DNA from: Octopus vulgaris
Lineage: Eukaryota
Assembly (NCBI GenBank): GCA_951406725.2
Contig: OX597832.1
Coordinates: 7,998,001-8,062,000, forward strand
DNA: 64,000 nucleotides
Direction: 5' to 3'
Shown: positions 27,146 to 40,918 of the stretch, one piece after another
How the letters are laid out: the number at the start of each line of letters is the position of its first letter
How positions within the stretch are numbered: the first letter of the stretch is position 1
Translations under genes and position numbers: made by a program
Notes under the pieces: model-generated
What the model saw: the letters and a program-made list of their open reading frames with translations, nothing else
The model's database searches: none
Told to the model about the DNA's origin: nothing

Positions 27146-27959
27146 TATTTTTAAAAAATTCACTCGATAACTTGCATATAACTTGTAAGTTATAATCCAT
27201 TTGTATTGTTGCCCTGCTTTGAAAGTGAACTGAAGTGTAAACTGGAATGTCTTTCTTCGATACAAGAATAGACAGCAGGGGTTTCTAGTCGATGAATGTA
27301 ACACGAAGATCTTTCATTCACCGTGTTTTGAAATCTGTTAACTGCAAAAGCGAATGTTAACGTTTTATTTTACGTTTGACTACTATTTATTTCTGCCACA
27401 TAAATATAGAAAAGAAAAGAAATAAAAATATATTTTAATGCCCAGTACTAAAAATACAAGAAATAGTTACAGCATGAACAAATAGTATTGGGACGTCAAA
27501 TAAAATAGGGAGGCTTACAGAGGTTGCCTGGAATACTTAAAAGCTATAAGGAAAAGGCATGTTAATCAACTGAGAGAGAGAAGGAGAGAGTGAGAGTGAA
27601 AGAGAGAAATCTTGATAAAGCATTTTAATCAACAAAGAATGAGGGAGAGAGGAGTAGAGGAAGAGTATCTGAGAGAGAGTGAGTGAGAGAGACAGAGAGA
27701 GAATGAGAGGGAAAGAAATTCATAAACCACAGAGAATGCTAAACCGAGAAACCCTTGATCATACAGTTGGAGGAATTCAATCTATTTTCATCATCAAAGC
27801 GTACTCTCAAACAGTGGTCCTTCAAGACATAGAAAGAAGTTGTATGCAATTTCGCCAAAAGTCACGGTGGGTCATTTTAGATCCGCATAAAAAGTTTTGT
27901 GGTACTGGAACTTAAAATAAAAATGTGGTGAAGTGTTAAGAACCTAGTATTCTAGTTGA

Positions 27960-28062
27960 TAGTTTGTAAACCAGCAGATAGTTGTGAACCAGCAGATAGT
28001 TGTGAACCAGTAGATAGTTGTGAACCAGCAGATAATTGTGAACAAGCAGATGGTTTGTGAAC
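27960..28062. repeat. 18-bp minisatellite, ~5 copies
   Basis: (AACCAGCAGATAGTTGTG)n, head to tail with no spacers. Confidence 0.92.
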
Positions 28063-28494
28063 GGTCGCGTTGTTCATTCACCAACGTGAACTATTCCACA
28101 TTTAAAGTAATCTAACTAATTCCAATGTAACCAATAGCCTGTTATCTGAAACTTGAAGTGAACGTAGAAAATTAATCTGGTGTCAGATTCGTGATTATTT
28201 TTCTACACAAGTATTTTTCCAATGACCGACTTTTGTTCTCAATACTCTCTATTGGAATTATTCTGCTAGTACAAACCAGAGGCCAAGATATCGAGCGAAA
28301 TTAGTTCGTTTCTCTAGTTATTGATGCCATTCTATGTGCATATTATCTACAAGGTTACAAAATCATTGAAAATAAACTAAATTTTGTTTTTCCAAATACA
28401 ATGCAATGTGTTTGTTCAGGGATCATTTGGATAGCAACATTGGCAGACTGTACTACGTACATATATGGAATAATGTCCTTTCTACTAAAAGCAG

Positions 28495-28689
28495 AAGTCC
28501 TGAAACGTTGAGGAAAGGGCTAGTCGATTATATAGACTCCGGTGCGTAAATGGTAATAATTTCACCGACTCCGAGAGGTTGAAAGGCAAAGTTGACCACG
28601 GCGCAATTTGAAATCAGATCGTAAAGACAGACGAAATACTGCTAAACATTTTCTCCGGCGTGCTAACGACTCTGCCATCCCGCTGCCTT
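28495..28689 (-). mobile_element. SINE family B, diverged
   Basis: GAAAGGCAAAGTTGACC..ATTTGAA..GCTAACGACTCTGCCA.CCCGCTGCCTT is the reverse complement of family B. Confidence 0.75.
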
Positions 28690-28912
28690 ATATATGTGTA
28701 ATAATATCGAGTATACTTTTAAATATGTGTGAAATTACTCCCTCGTCTTTAGATCTGAATATGTATAGCTACTACAAGATGCAGAACTTGTGTGCCTGAG
28801 TGACCATCAGAGCTATGGCAGCAGATCATGAGCTCCAGCTAGAGCCTCCTATACTGGACAAGGCGAAGGATAGAAGCCAGTAAAATATAGGCGACCTATT
28901 TCCAGTAGTACA

Positions 28913-29220
28913 GTGAAGGCGCGTGGCTCATTGATTAGGGCATTTGGCTCACGGTTATAAGGTCACGAGTTCAATTCCCGGTGATGCGTTTTCTCCTTGA
29001 GCAAGACACTTTATCTCACATTGCTCCAGTCCATCCAGCTGGAAAAAATGACTTGTACCTGTATTCTTTAAATGGTCAGGCTTGTCATATTCTGTGTCAC
29101 TCTGAATCTCCATGAGAACTACATTAAGTGTATGTGTGTCTGTGGAGAGCTCAACTACTTGCTCGTTAATTTCACGAGCAGCCTGTTCCGTTGATCGGAT
29201 CAACTGGAACCCTTGTGTTC
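28913..29220 (+). mobile_element. tRNA-derived SINE with CORE-like block and 11-bp TSD
   Basis: A-box-like TGGCTCATTGA, B box GAGTTCAATTC, CCTTGAGCAAGACACTT; TSD CCAGTAGTACA at 28902-28912 and 29221-29231. Confidence 0.85.
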
Positions 29221-29279
29221 CCAGTAGTACAAATGGCTTTACGTATGCTAACGGCCCTATCTTGAATAAAAGGTAAAGT

Positions 29280-29435
29280 TTCTGGAGCATTGCTGAGAAT
29301 ACAAATCGAACAAGATCCGAAGGAGGAAGACCTTCTGCCCTGCAGAAAATAAAAAATAAAAGCAGCTCAGAATCGAGGACAGTGGGGAGAATTTGTCGAT
29401 GGCCTATGTTCCATACGAAGCGGAGAGCTTATCAA
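29280..29435 (+). mobile_element. RTE-clade LINE 3' remnant
   Basis: RSEGGRP..AAQNRGQWGEFVDGLCSIRSGEL, typical RTE C-terminus (AQDR..W...V..LC). Confidence 0.55.
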
Positions 29436-30988
29436 CATAATCATGTATAGCCGATTGTTATCCACATTTCGTTGGTGCGCCCCACAAGATGCGAATTGTT
29501 GATCTTCACCTCTCTTTAATGATCCCTGTTTTGATAAGTCGTAGAGAAGCACTAGTACTTAGTTATATTGCTTACTTTCAATTTACACAGTAAATGGATT
29601 TCATGTTTGAACGACTATTACCTCGTTCCGGTATACAGACATTTGATGCACGACTTGCTTCGTTTCAGATACGATCAATTCTGTATAAAACTTTCGAAGA
29701 TCAAGGTATATTTTTGAAGGCATAATAACGATACATCTTACCACCATGGAGAAGTTTCATAAATACTTCTTCAGAACTACCATGCAATTTCAGTTAGGCT
29801 CTTTAAAATTAGTTACCGATGATGGATTTTATCTTTTATATTTCTGTACATATTGGGCTCTTACAAACTCATTGGGCTGTTGGCGTGTAAAAAAGATAGG
29901 TTGGAATGAAATAAAGAAATTTGTCAAATGAAGAATAATTGGAATATACCTGTCTTCCTGCATTTATTCTGTATAGATATGAAGCCAACATTGTGAAGCA
30001 GACTTAAGTGAATGCTGCTCGCTGCTTTTACAAAGCTTACAAAGCCGGTTATTCATTCACTGCATGTATTGTATCGTGCAAACAAAAAGTTTGAACGAAA
30101 AGCAAAAATTCGATCAACACGTTGTATATTAACTAATACTGCAGATCAAACTTTTGTAGTTGAAACAGTAATTTTAAACCTAACTATGATAGTGATATTA
30201 TTGCAAAGAAACAGATGAGAAAACAGAAATCCGCCAATAAACGTTACACCAACTCAGGATTAAAAAAAAAAATGATAGATAGTTTACTATACAAACAATG
30301 ACAAAAGAAGGAAACATTCTTTTGTGAGATATCTCGGAATTTCTATGTTATCTATTTTCCTCTTGAAGAGAAGATTTTGGAAGAGAGTTTCTTTCTTGGA
30401 CAACCAAGGTCTTTTGACCCTGAGCTAAGACTATAAAGCATTCTATTCTTTCAGATAATAATACTCTTAGTACAAATGGTTCATTGTTATCAGAAAATGC
30501 TGAAAACACGCCAGAATCTCAATATTGCATGTAAGAAATAAAGGTGAAAGTTTATGGAGTCACATATTTGTTGCCTATCACTATGGAATAAATCAATTAC
30601 AACTTGCTTGACAACTAGTGGAAGGATGATTAGATATGTACCTGCATACATGTAAACACATATGCATTCATATACACATAGGCACGCTCACACATAAACG
30701 TATAAAGATAAACGGACACAGATACATATATATATATATATATATATACAATAATAATATGTGAGAGTGTGCTTCTGTGCTTGAGTGTAATCGTCTATTC
30801 GAATGTGTATATGTATATAGGCATAGTATTATTATTATGGTTATGAATAGACACATGCGCAGATACACTAAGATATATAAGCGCAATTATACATATAAAA
30901 ATACTCATACACCCACACGTACAGATATTCACATACCATACAATCACACACAGACACACAGAAGCACAAACAGAGATATAAACGCCAC

Positions 30989-31025
<37 letters not shown>

Positions 31026-31976
31026 CACACACACACTCTCTACCGTATATGCTGTGCATATATTTGTGTTGGTGTGTAGAAAAGGATATTCCCATCTAAC
31101 GATATATGTAAATGTTCCTTGCATATATTTATATACACAGAAACGTTTGTAAACATGTACAAATCAATATAATTACATATAACTATTTCATGCTTATATA
31201 TATATATGCACACAGGCATGCACGTATATATATAGTTTAGATTCCTTCATTGCAACTTATGCCCTTGAGCTAATTGTTTGACTTACCTTTGATACATGTT
31301 TGAAGCTAACTAACTTCAAAACATGCGCCTACATGTGCATTGTGACTGGTAAAGGCAATATATACAAATAAGAATTATATATGCATTTATGTTGATATAT
31401 ATATATGTATATATAATATATATATAGTGAGATACAGAGAAGGGAAGGAGAAGATGGGGCTGTGTGTTTGCGTGAACAAGTGTACAAATGCGCCTCGCTG
31501 TGTATGTGTGGGCAGAGGGTATTGTGCTAGACTAATATGTTTACAGTTGATAACCTTGTGCCGTAATCATCCTCTTTTCCATAAATGTCGGTGAATAATT
31601 ACTAATGATATTGTTTGGCCAATTAAATCTAATTTCCCCAATCTTTTCTTCAGCTACATAGTTTATTTCTTCTGTTCAAGATTACCACCATCGTACTCAT
31701 AATTAACTGTATCATCATAATCATTATCATCATTTTCCTCTCACACCTCTTCTAGAAGCAATAACAATGGCTTATTTTAATACAGTTATAATCAGATGTT
31801 AGAAAGAAATGTAGTATTTCATGGCCGTTCATTAATTTCTGAGTGCTGATGTTGATGAGACTCCATCGTCTTTCTTTCTATGTGGGGGCGATGAGTAGAA
31901 TTCGGTGAAATAAATGTAACTTCCCCCTACACAATTAATGCACTTTTGTCTAAGGAAGAAATTGTTATTATTACCA

Positions 31977-32240
31977 AGGCGGCGAGCCATTTGGCACAGA
32001 GTTCGATGTAATCGACAAGCCCCTCACCCAAGATTTTCGGTTCTGCTCTCAGAGTAGGAAATATTATTAAAGCAGTGGGGCGGTAGAATTGTTAACACAC
32101 CGGATAAAATGCTTATAGTTATATTATGAAGTCCAATTCACTCAAGGTCGACTTTAACTGTCATCCTTCGGGGACGATAAAATAAGTACCAGTTAAACAC
32201 TGGTGTCGATGTCATCGACTTACGCCCTCCCTTGAAATTA
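31977..32240 (+). mobile_element. Two adjacent degraded SINE family B pieces
   Basis: AAGGCGGCGAGC; GGTCGACTTT..TCATCCTTCGGG.CGATAAAATAAGTACCAG; GTCGATGT.ATCGACT. Confidence 0.7.
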
Positions 32241-32261
32241 ATAGTTTTAGATATCAACATT

Positions 32262-32269
32262 CTACTGCA

Positions 32270-32319
<50 letters not shown>

Positions 32320-32341
32320 CACCACCACCACCACCACCACC

Positions 32342-32389
<48 letters not shown>

Positions 32390-32410
32390 GCTACCACCAC
32401 CACCACCACC

Positions 32411-32467
<57 letters not shown>

Positions 32468-32468
32468 G
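32262..32468. repeat. Alternating (CTA)n/(CCA)n microsatellite
   Basis: Direct observation. Confidence 0.95.
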
Positions 32469-32469
32469 T

Positions 32470-33350
32470 TTTTGCTGTTGTTTACTTTTTAATCTGCATG
32501 TTTTTTTTGCAAATCACTTGCCGAGGAACACCTAGCACTTGCTCTAGGGTGCTAGTGAAGGATAACAGATGTTACAGTATGATTGAAAGCTTGGGACGGG
32601 GGGAGGAAGTTGTAGGGGTAGTAGCGGAAATATCTCCATGTAATGCAACACAGACATTTAAAATGATAGGGTTTTTCTAAGGATGTGGGCAGTATTTCTC
32701 AGTACAATCTTTTGGATTTCTCTGAGACATGGTTCTCCTGGGATGTTGTCTAGTTATTTCTGACGTCTTTTTTTTTATCATACGTAGGTCATTTACAATA
32801 ACAGGAACAGTTCTTGCTTTAAGATGCCACATCTTTTGTATTTCAATTTCGAGGTCCTTTTATTTACTTAATTTGTCAAAATTCCTTTTAGATATATTTT
32901 TATCAGTGGGAACACTTACATCTACTAGTCTACAAGTATTTTCTTTTCTGTCTTTAATAATTATGCCTCGTCCATTAGCCTCGATCACTCGGTCGCTGTT
33001 GACTGGAAATCCCAGAGGATAGTGACATTTTTACCTTCAACGACTGGCTCAGGTTAATGTTCATACCATTAAGTAGACGTGCTGATTTTGTAGTGTTTAC
33101 ATATTTTGCAATGTAAATATTGTCCTACCCTATCGTGAGGATATAAGCATTCGTTTGGTGTCAGTACTAGACATCTCGAAACTAAATGGCCTATTGCATC
33201 GTCAATTGTGTCACAGAATCTGCATTTAGGGACAGTACCGTTTTGAAAAAAATTAGATTGGTAGTTTCTGGTAAACAAGTTTTCATCTTGTGCCACCAAT
33301 ATGAAATCTTCAGTATCTTCTTAGCAACTGGTGGGTTGTTGCTTGGTCTA
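32470..33350 (-). mobile_element. R4/Dong-clade LINE 3' fragment in (TAG)n
   Basis: AQDENLFTRNYQ..CRFCDTIDDAIGHLVSRC..HDRVGQYLH.KIC; LWDFQ; EIQKMWHLKARTVPVIV; EIQKIVLRNTAHILRKTL; (CTA)n on both flanks. Confidence 0.88.
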
Positions 33351-33357
33351 CTTCAGC

Positions 33358-33360
33358 ACA

Positions 33361-33400
<40 letters not shown>

Positions 33401-33705
33401 TAATTTCTACTACTACTATAATTTCTACTACTACTGCTGCTGCTACTACTACTAATACTTCTACAACCACTACTACTACTTCTACAACTACTACTACTAC
33501 TACTGCTGATACTACTACTACTACTACTACTACTACTAATATTACTACTACTGCTGCTGCTACAACAACAACAACAACAACTACTACTACTACTACTATT
33601 ACTACTACTACTACGACCACTACTACCACTACTGCTACAACAGCAACAACTACTACTACTACTGCTACAACAAAAACAACAACAACTGCTACTACTACTG
33701 TTATT
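33358..33705. repeat. Degenerate (CTA)n/(CAA)n microsatellite
   Basis: Direct observation; produces spurious poly-T/S/V ORFs. Confidence 0.95.
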
Positions 33706-33707
33706 AT

Positions 33708-34275
33708 TGAGAGAGCAGTGCATCTCATCAAATTGACTCTGGGTTACAAATATACGAAGCCCAGGATACTCATCATGGCTACCTGTCTGATAAGGGTATA
33801 CGACGCATATGCAACACAACCACATGTGCGCGTCATAATGATATCATACCATGATAAACAGCGCATAAACTTGCATGTGGGATCCAGTTAGATTTTCTTC
33901 AGGTCTAGTAGCCCGTCCTACTCAAATAAAGTTCCCTAAATAAGGTTTGTTTTAAGAATGATGAACAAAATAAACATGTTTCCAAAGTTGAATTATACAA
34001 ACTCCAAAGAATTCCTCTTAACACATAGCTATGATGCTACCCCACTACTTCTGCTCGTAATCATGTGATAAGAGATGCACATATCTTCAGCCACTAAGTG
34101 AGATGCTCAATTGGTTAAGGTCAAACAACTGAAAAGCAAATCTGTGGTATTAAGCAGAATATTTGATGAAGCACATATTTTATATCAAGACAAAGCAATG
34201 TACACGATAACATTTCGTATTGGTTAAGACCAGACGACATGAGAACCAGTGTCTTGTACTGGAATCAGGTCATTT
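33708..34275 (-). mobile_element. Unclassified ~570-bp non-coding repeat (copy 2), between microsatellites
   Basis: Homologous to 12940-13295; flanked by (CTA)n/TTA and (TTA)n. Confidence 0.7.
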
Positions 34276-34288
34276 AAATAGTGTTGTT

Positions 34289-34367
<79 letters not shown>

Positions 34368-34511
34368 TTGTTTTTCTTTCTTTCTTCAAATTTTCTTCCG
34401 TTTATCGCCGAGTGTTTTCCGTACACCTAGGGCAGAGAAGCTCATTCCCAGATTACACGCGCAAATTCACAGTAAAATATGTATTTAAAAATAAATAAAT
34501 AAATTCATGAG

Positions 34512-34588
<77 letters not shown>

Positions 34589-34589
34589 C

Positions 34590-35477
34590 ACGCTAGTACA
34601 TGTCGGTTTAGGTCACAGTTATTTTGGCTCAACTGCTTCGAATCTGAAGCATCTTCCTTAGGATTCTTTCAGAATACAGGATAGTATATTTCTGCAGTTT
34701 CAATGCGAGCTTTAATCTATTTCAGATTTTTATGGAGTTTGTTAACTGCGCAAACTATTACAGGCATAATTGTTGTCTTCAACTTCCACATTCTCCTCAA
34801 CTCTCTGGTTAGTTTCTAATATTTTTCAATGTTTTCAATTTCTTTGGTATCGAATCTGCTATCATATACTGTTTCTTTTGCCCTATATCATCATATCTGC
34901 TCTAAATTCGGCAGTATGGTCAGTCTCTATGGGGAAATTCCACATGATCTGGTAATTCATTTTTTCGTGTCCGTACCAATTTTCTATTGTTTTAAATCCA
35001 TGCACCCGGCTGATATCCCAATGCACGCCTCTGCCTACACAGTCACGCTTGCGTTTACTCTGCACTCGTTCTACGTTTGCTGTCTACATTTGCTGTCTGA
35101 GTTCTCTCTATATTTGCCTTCTGGCTTGTTGTAAGAGCTTCTTTCTGAGCTACTATAATTATTGTTTCTCTCTCTCGTTCCCAATTTCCGTCTGTCAATC
35201 AGGATCAGCGATCTTTACTTCTAAACATTCTCAGTTTGTTGTATGATTTGGTCTGGTTGTTCCTTTTCTATCCATTTGTTTTGTTCTGTTGTTCCTCCTT
35301 TTTCTTTTTATTATTGATTCATAAAACGGGTCTCAATTCCAATATATTTCGAACTCTTGGGTAGCAGTTTTGTCTTTGTGCAACAGAAGCAACTTTCACC
35401 TGTGGTTCAGCAATCTAAATCTCTCTCCAGCCAAGTCTTGAGATTTATGAATTTTACAAGTTTCCTAGGTATCTACT
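34590..35477 (-). mobile_element. R4/Dong-clade LINE 3' fragment, decayed
   Basis: RDCVGRGVHWDISRVHGFKTIENWYGH..IMWNFPIETDH..RADMMI; PVIVCA; abuts (TTA)n at 34514-34589. Confidence 0.75.
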
Positions 35478-35494
35478 CTAATATACACGATTCG

Positions 35495-35712
35495 AAGGTA
35501 GTGAGCTAGCAAAATGGTTAGCAAGGTGGTGAAAATGCCAAGCGGCATTTCGCCCGTGTTTACGTTGTGAGTTCAAATTCCGCCGAGATCGACTTTGCCT
35601 TTCATCCTTTCGAAATCGATAAAATAAGTAACAGCTGAGTATTCGAGTCGATGTAATCAACTCACTGCCTCCTCCGAACTTGCTGGCATTAATGCCAAAA
35701 TTAGAAACCAAT
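35495..35712 (+). mobile_element. SINE family B
   Basis: GAGTTCAAATTCCGCCGAG.TCGACTTTGCCTTTCATCCTTTCG..TCGATAAAATAAGTA. Confidence 0.85.
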
Positions 35713-35736
35713 ATCAAGGAGGATTGCAAAGTTTGT

Positions 35737-35990
35737 GGAGGTGCGTGGGTTAGGGTGTCAGCATCATGATCGTAAGATTGTGGTTTCGATTCCTGGACCG
35801 GGCAACGCGTTGTGTTCTTGAGTAAAAGACTTCATTTCACGTTGCTCCAGTCCACTCAGCTGGTAAAAATGAGTAACGCTGCGATGGACTGGTGTCCCGT
35901 CCAGCAGGGCAACACATACGCCATTGAAACCGGGAAACCGGGCCCATGATCCTCGCTATGCTTTAAAAGTGCGCATTTATTTTTTATTTT
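35737..35990 (+). mobile_element. tRNA-derived SINE (family D)
   Basis: B box GTTTCGATTCC; TTCTTGAG..CTTCATTTCACGTTGCTCCAGTCCACTCAGCTG shared with 28913; CTGCGATGGACTGG.GTCCCGTCCAG block; T-rich tail. Confidence 0.75.
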
Positions 35991-36698
35991 TGGAAAGTTA
36001 ATGACTTCTACATTTTTCTTTCGCCTTTGTTTTTGTGCTTTCTGCGATTATATGTATCCCCTTACTTCAATAGTATAATCAGTTTTTATGGAGACGTTCT
36101 TCAAATATGTATTTGTCATTCACCTTCTTTTACCAAAATTAGAAACAAGTTCTATTGTTGTCGTTGTTGGGGTTGTTGCTGTTGTTTCTGGAATGTGTGA
36201 TTCGAATATCTATCGCTTTGTAATGATTGAAAACATTGTTTGATAGTTGACTCATTAAAGTGTTTTTTGTTTCAAATCTATGTAATGCAAATCAATTTAG
36301 AATTAGACTTCGGCTAATTTGTTTCGTTTTTGCCAGTCTTGGGAACGACCATGCCAATGAGTATATTTATTGGCAAATTAGATTAAAGCATTATGCTATT
36401 TATTAATGACATTTGTGTAAAGAAGAAGTGATAAGAAGAGAAATTTTAAGACGATGAAACGAAATCTTGGAAGGGAAATAAAACGCCACATCATTGTTAC
36501 AAATGTGAGATTCCTATTCAAGTTAATGCTGGAAAATGTTGACAACTACAAATGAAGCATCTCCACTATCGTCAGTTTTGGGTATTGCTGCAGCGATAAC
36601 AGCAGTAGGAGCTGCAGCAGCGGTAGCAGCTATAGTAGAAGTAGTAGCTGTTTGCACTGTAGAGCAGCAGCGGCAGTAACGACAACAACAGCAACAGT

Positions 36699-36885
36699 GG
36701 TGGCGCAATGGCCCAGTGGTTAGGGCAGCGGACTCGCGGTCGTAAGAACGCGGTTTCGATTCCCAGACCGGGCATTGTGAGTCTTTATTGAGCAGAAACA
36801 CTTAAGCTCCACGAGACTCCGGCGTGGGTGGTGAACCCCGCTGTACTGTTTCACCACTCTTCTCCCACTATTTTTTCCTACTTCT
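36699..36885 (+). mobile_element. tRNA-derived SINE family C (3'-truncated)
   Basis: GGCGCAATGGCCCAGTGGTTAGGGCAGCGGACTCG..GGTTTCGATTCC; homologous to 41478. Confidence 0.85.
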
Positions 36886-39063
36886 GCCACAAAGCAGAAG
36901 AACCATGGTGTAACCCGCTATGTTGTGGTAAACTTTCAGACCCTAGTCTAGATTGCGAATCCTCTGTACTCCATGATGGTTCAGCCCTCCATCCGTTAAA
37001 AGCCACCGTTTACGGAATGAAGATAACAACGTAGCTTTCGCGCCAGTGCATCCGGCAGTCTATCGAGTGTTGTGGGTGGATCTTCAAGTTGCTACGTGCA
37101 TTCTTAGTAGCTTAGAGTAGGCTCGAATTAGAGATTACTCTTTGTGGCTAATGGCGTGAGTTCTGACTGGAAGAAGAAGAAGGAGGAGGAGGATGCAACA
37201 GCAACAACGGTCGGCTATGAGCAATCGAGTGAAGAGAAGCTCACCTAAATTGTATAATAAGTATATGTCAGATTTTCCCTTTACTCTTTTGTAAGACAAT
37301 GACAACAAAGTGAACATATCCTAGCTGCGTTGACCAGAAAGTGTTAGCGCCGCTAAGGGACGATTCAAACAAATATGATATCAGCGACAGTTTCCACCGT
37401 ATATCAGAGGTGAACGCAGACCTTATGAAGTTTGTCAAGGTATCCTGTTCTAGAGTGTACAGGTCTTTACGAACTGTATTCAAGACAACGTGTACATTAT
37501 CTGTTAAATACTAGAGCGTGGATATTAAACCACTCTCTTTGGGATGGGGGTGGGGCGGGCATCCTGATTTGTAGCAATCCAAAGATTTCGTTTGAGTTAA
37601 ATGAATCTCGGTAGATCGCTGTTGCCTTCAACATAACGAGTTTCCTTATAGTTTTCAGAGTCTGTATAGCATCTATACGGCAGCAGTGGCGTATGCTGGT
37701 TATTGTCATTGGACGTGCTGCCAATTTTATTTATAAGGTCTAGTCAATTTTATTTATAATTTTTTTGCATTGTCTGTTTGAAGATTAAAAGCATAACAAT
37801 AATACATAAAATAGCTCTTTCACAAAAATATTGCTCCAAAATTAAATGGTTCAAATTTTTGAAAAACTTCGCTTGACATTATACTAGGCTCCATAGCCCT
37901 CTTGTGGGTTACGATTTAGGCTACGAAACTCTAAAATTTTGTTACTAGTTAGTATATAATCACTGAGAATTAAATTAAAATCGCGTATTACTGTGACTTT
38001 AAAAGCATTTAAGATCAACCCTAATTAAATTTGAAATAAAATGTCAGAGAACAGAATTAAGAAAATCACAAAAATCCCTGAACAAAATATTAACGAACGA
38101 CCTTTCACATCGAACCGTTTTCGGTGGCTAACGACAAAAGTGCTGATATTGCCGCAAATTATAGTGTTTTGTGCAGTAAGAGCACTAGAATTCGATCTCA
38201 CTTAAGCTTTATTTCTGACTTCTAAAAGTGAACAGTAACCACTCGCAATATCGCTGTTGACCTATGGAACAGAGAAGTGGGTCAATTGAAACCACACTAT
38301 TTCCAGTTGGTGGTACTCTTATTACATTGGAGATGTTCCCACCACGAACCAGCGTGAAATATCATGTACATGTTAATATCAATAGACAGGATACATAGAG
38401 AGAAAAATCTATAGCAATGACAAGAAAATTATTCAAACTAACATTTCAAGAACATATAATTTAGCAGTACTGTTTCTACGACCAGTAATTAGTAAAGAAA
38501 TAACTATTTCTACCTTAATGTAACTGTCCAAAAGAGACGGTTATTTAGTAAGTAATGTAAATGCTTATCAGTCGGAGATTTTTCCTTCTATTTTTATGTT
38601 ATTTGTCACCGCTTCTGTTTTATTTTTCTGTTTCGTCTCAAAACACTATTATTATTCCAGTCAGAATTTTGATGATGTTTTCGCATTGCTATATGCTTCG
38701 TAAAAACCTCTAATTTGATGCCCATTGCATCGCAATTTCTGGCGCCATGTTGAGACGTTGACAGTTCATGTCAGTATGTCTGCCAAGGAATCGCTTAAGA
38801 GTTGATATAAACAGATTCTAACTTCAAGCGTGTCGCTGTCTGCCAGTATAGTAGATAGACGGCTAGTGCCGTCGTGGACACATGGAGCTGTTTATAATAG
38901 AAAAACCAATATTAGAATAATTGCAGCTTCAAGTTATTCAACTCGTTTGTTAAAAAAGAAAGCTGAATAATTATTTCATAGCCCAGGTGTTTTACTACAT
39001 ACATAGAAAGGAGGCCGAATTATCTGTTCGTACATTTTCCTCTCGTTTGTCCGTCTCTGTCTT

Positions 39064-39095
<32 letters not shown>

Positions 39096-39263
39096 CCCAC
39101 TCTCTCTATCTCTCACTCTCTCTCTCTTTCGCTCTTTCTCTCTATGTACACATTTCTCTCCATTTATTTCACTTTCTTTTTCTCCGCTTCTTGTCTTGCT
39201 GTATATATTTACATGCGCATATGTATATGTATTTACAAATCAATCGTGTGTGTATATATGTAT

Positions 39264-39296
<33 letters not shown>

Positions 39297-39297
39297 C

Positions 39298-39359
<62 letters not shown>

Positions 39360-39513
39360 TATGGATTCGGTACAATTTGTTTATTTTAGTAGGTTTGACT
39401 GCAAGACTCCCTCCTAGCGTGCGGTACCTATGAATAATAGTACCCTCTATATAATATAAACATATATATATATATATGTGTGTGTGTGTGTAATGTATAT
39501 ATATGTATGTATA

Positions 39514-39572
<59 letters not shown>

Positions 39573-39652
39573 TTGATATTTGTATATAAATGTATATAGT
39601 ACATATATAATGTGTCTGTTATAGATATGTATATATACGTATATAATATATA

Positions 39653-40480
39653 GGTGGGGTATCCATAAGAAACCGGAATTTAACAATATGGCTTTATTCA
39701 ATCAGTTTTACAATGTGACACTTTTATTGCCTGCAGAGTATTCTCTATTTGAAGCAATTCATCGGTTCAGACGCATGTTCCACTGTTGGAAGCGGTGCAG
39801 GGATTTTTGTGATGTGATGCCTTTGAACACCTCTGTCGCTTTTTTCTTCACCTCTTTCACATCTGCAAATTCCGTAGCACCTCCTGTCGTCACCAGTGAT
39901 GACCTTCAAAAGAGGTTCAGATCAACTTCCAACTGTTCTTTTAGTTCACAACATGCATAGAATCATGACTGCTTTTGATCTCCGTGAGAAAGTGAGGTAC
40001 AAATTTAGCTGTAACTGTTTTCATTCGCAATTCCTTGTTCAAAATTCGTTCGGAGGAGCTCCAGGACACGTCAGTCATATCAACAATGTCCTCAATTATT
40101 CAGTGACTGTCCTTCAAATCATGAATTTTCGTGTTTTCATTCGTTCGGGAGGTCGACTGTCACATTGAAGTACAAGTGATCATTCCTAAATCGGGAAATC
40201 CACTCGTAAACATGTGTTGTGCATATGGCAACATTCTTGCAAGCTATTTGCAGCATGACAATTGTTTCGGCTACATTTTTCCCCAGCAGAAAACAGAATT
40301 CCACCAAAGCACGCTGTTCCTTCGTTTCGGCTATCGCAAAAATCGACGAACAGAGGAGGAGAACTATAAAATAAACACGCAACACGTGACAGTAGTACCT
40401 ACTAGAAAAGCGCTGGTCGGTAGACTGATGCCTGAAGGTCACATCAAGTGTCTCTCCAGTTACTTTTAAATACCTCTTCA
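39653..40480 (-). mobile_element. Mariner, internally deleted, with TIRs
   Basis: EQRALVEFCFLLGKNVAETIVMLQ..VYEWISRF (ORF 40137..40508); C-term FADVKEVKKK..FQQW; imperfect TIRs GGTGGGGTATCCATAAGAAACCGGA / TGAAGAGGTATTTAAAAGTAACTGGA; TA on both sides. Confidence 0.88.
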
Positions 40481-40511
40481 TAAATATATAATGTATATAT
40501 TTATACATAGA

Positions 40512-40906
40512 CTAGCAGTATCGCCCGGCGTTGCTCGGGTTTGTAAGGGAAATAACTATATAAGCATTTTTAGAGAGTTATAGCCAAAAAAACAGCAAAA
40601 AATGCATTAAAATGGAAAAAAAAATTATGGTAATTTTTTTTTTAAATAGTTGACTCATCGTAGACATTTTTAGAGAGTTACTTCCCTTATATAATAGCGA
40701 AAAATGCATTAAAATGGAAAAAATGATGGTAATTTTTTTTTAAATCGTAGACTCATCGTAGACGCGTGCTAATACCCAGAAGGGCTCGATATGAATCACG
40801 ACTATAAGATACCCGGTTTTGGTTAAACTGCACCGCAAAATGTGGGAGTAGTTAGAAATCTAAATCGTAGGAGACAGACACACAACTTGACTTTTATATA
40901 TAAAGA
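40512..40906 (-). mobile_element. Non-autonomous Helitron (family H1, copy 2)
   Basis: A|TCTTTATATATAAAAG 5' end, hairpin + CTAG|T 3' end identical to 3187-3694. Confidence 0.85.
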
Positions 40907-40918
40907 TATATATATTCA

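Noticed and set aside
27960-28062. CRISPR-like or coding repeat
   Set aside because: Head-to-tail 18-mers without spacers and no flanking ORF.
33331-33891. Thr-rich mucin-like ORF
   Set aside because: Translation of (CTA)n between two mobile elements; no splice or signal evidence.
36699-36775. tRNA gene
   Set aside because: No proper acceptor stem; continues into a SINE body shared with 41478.
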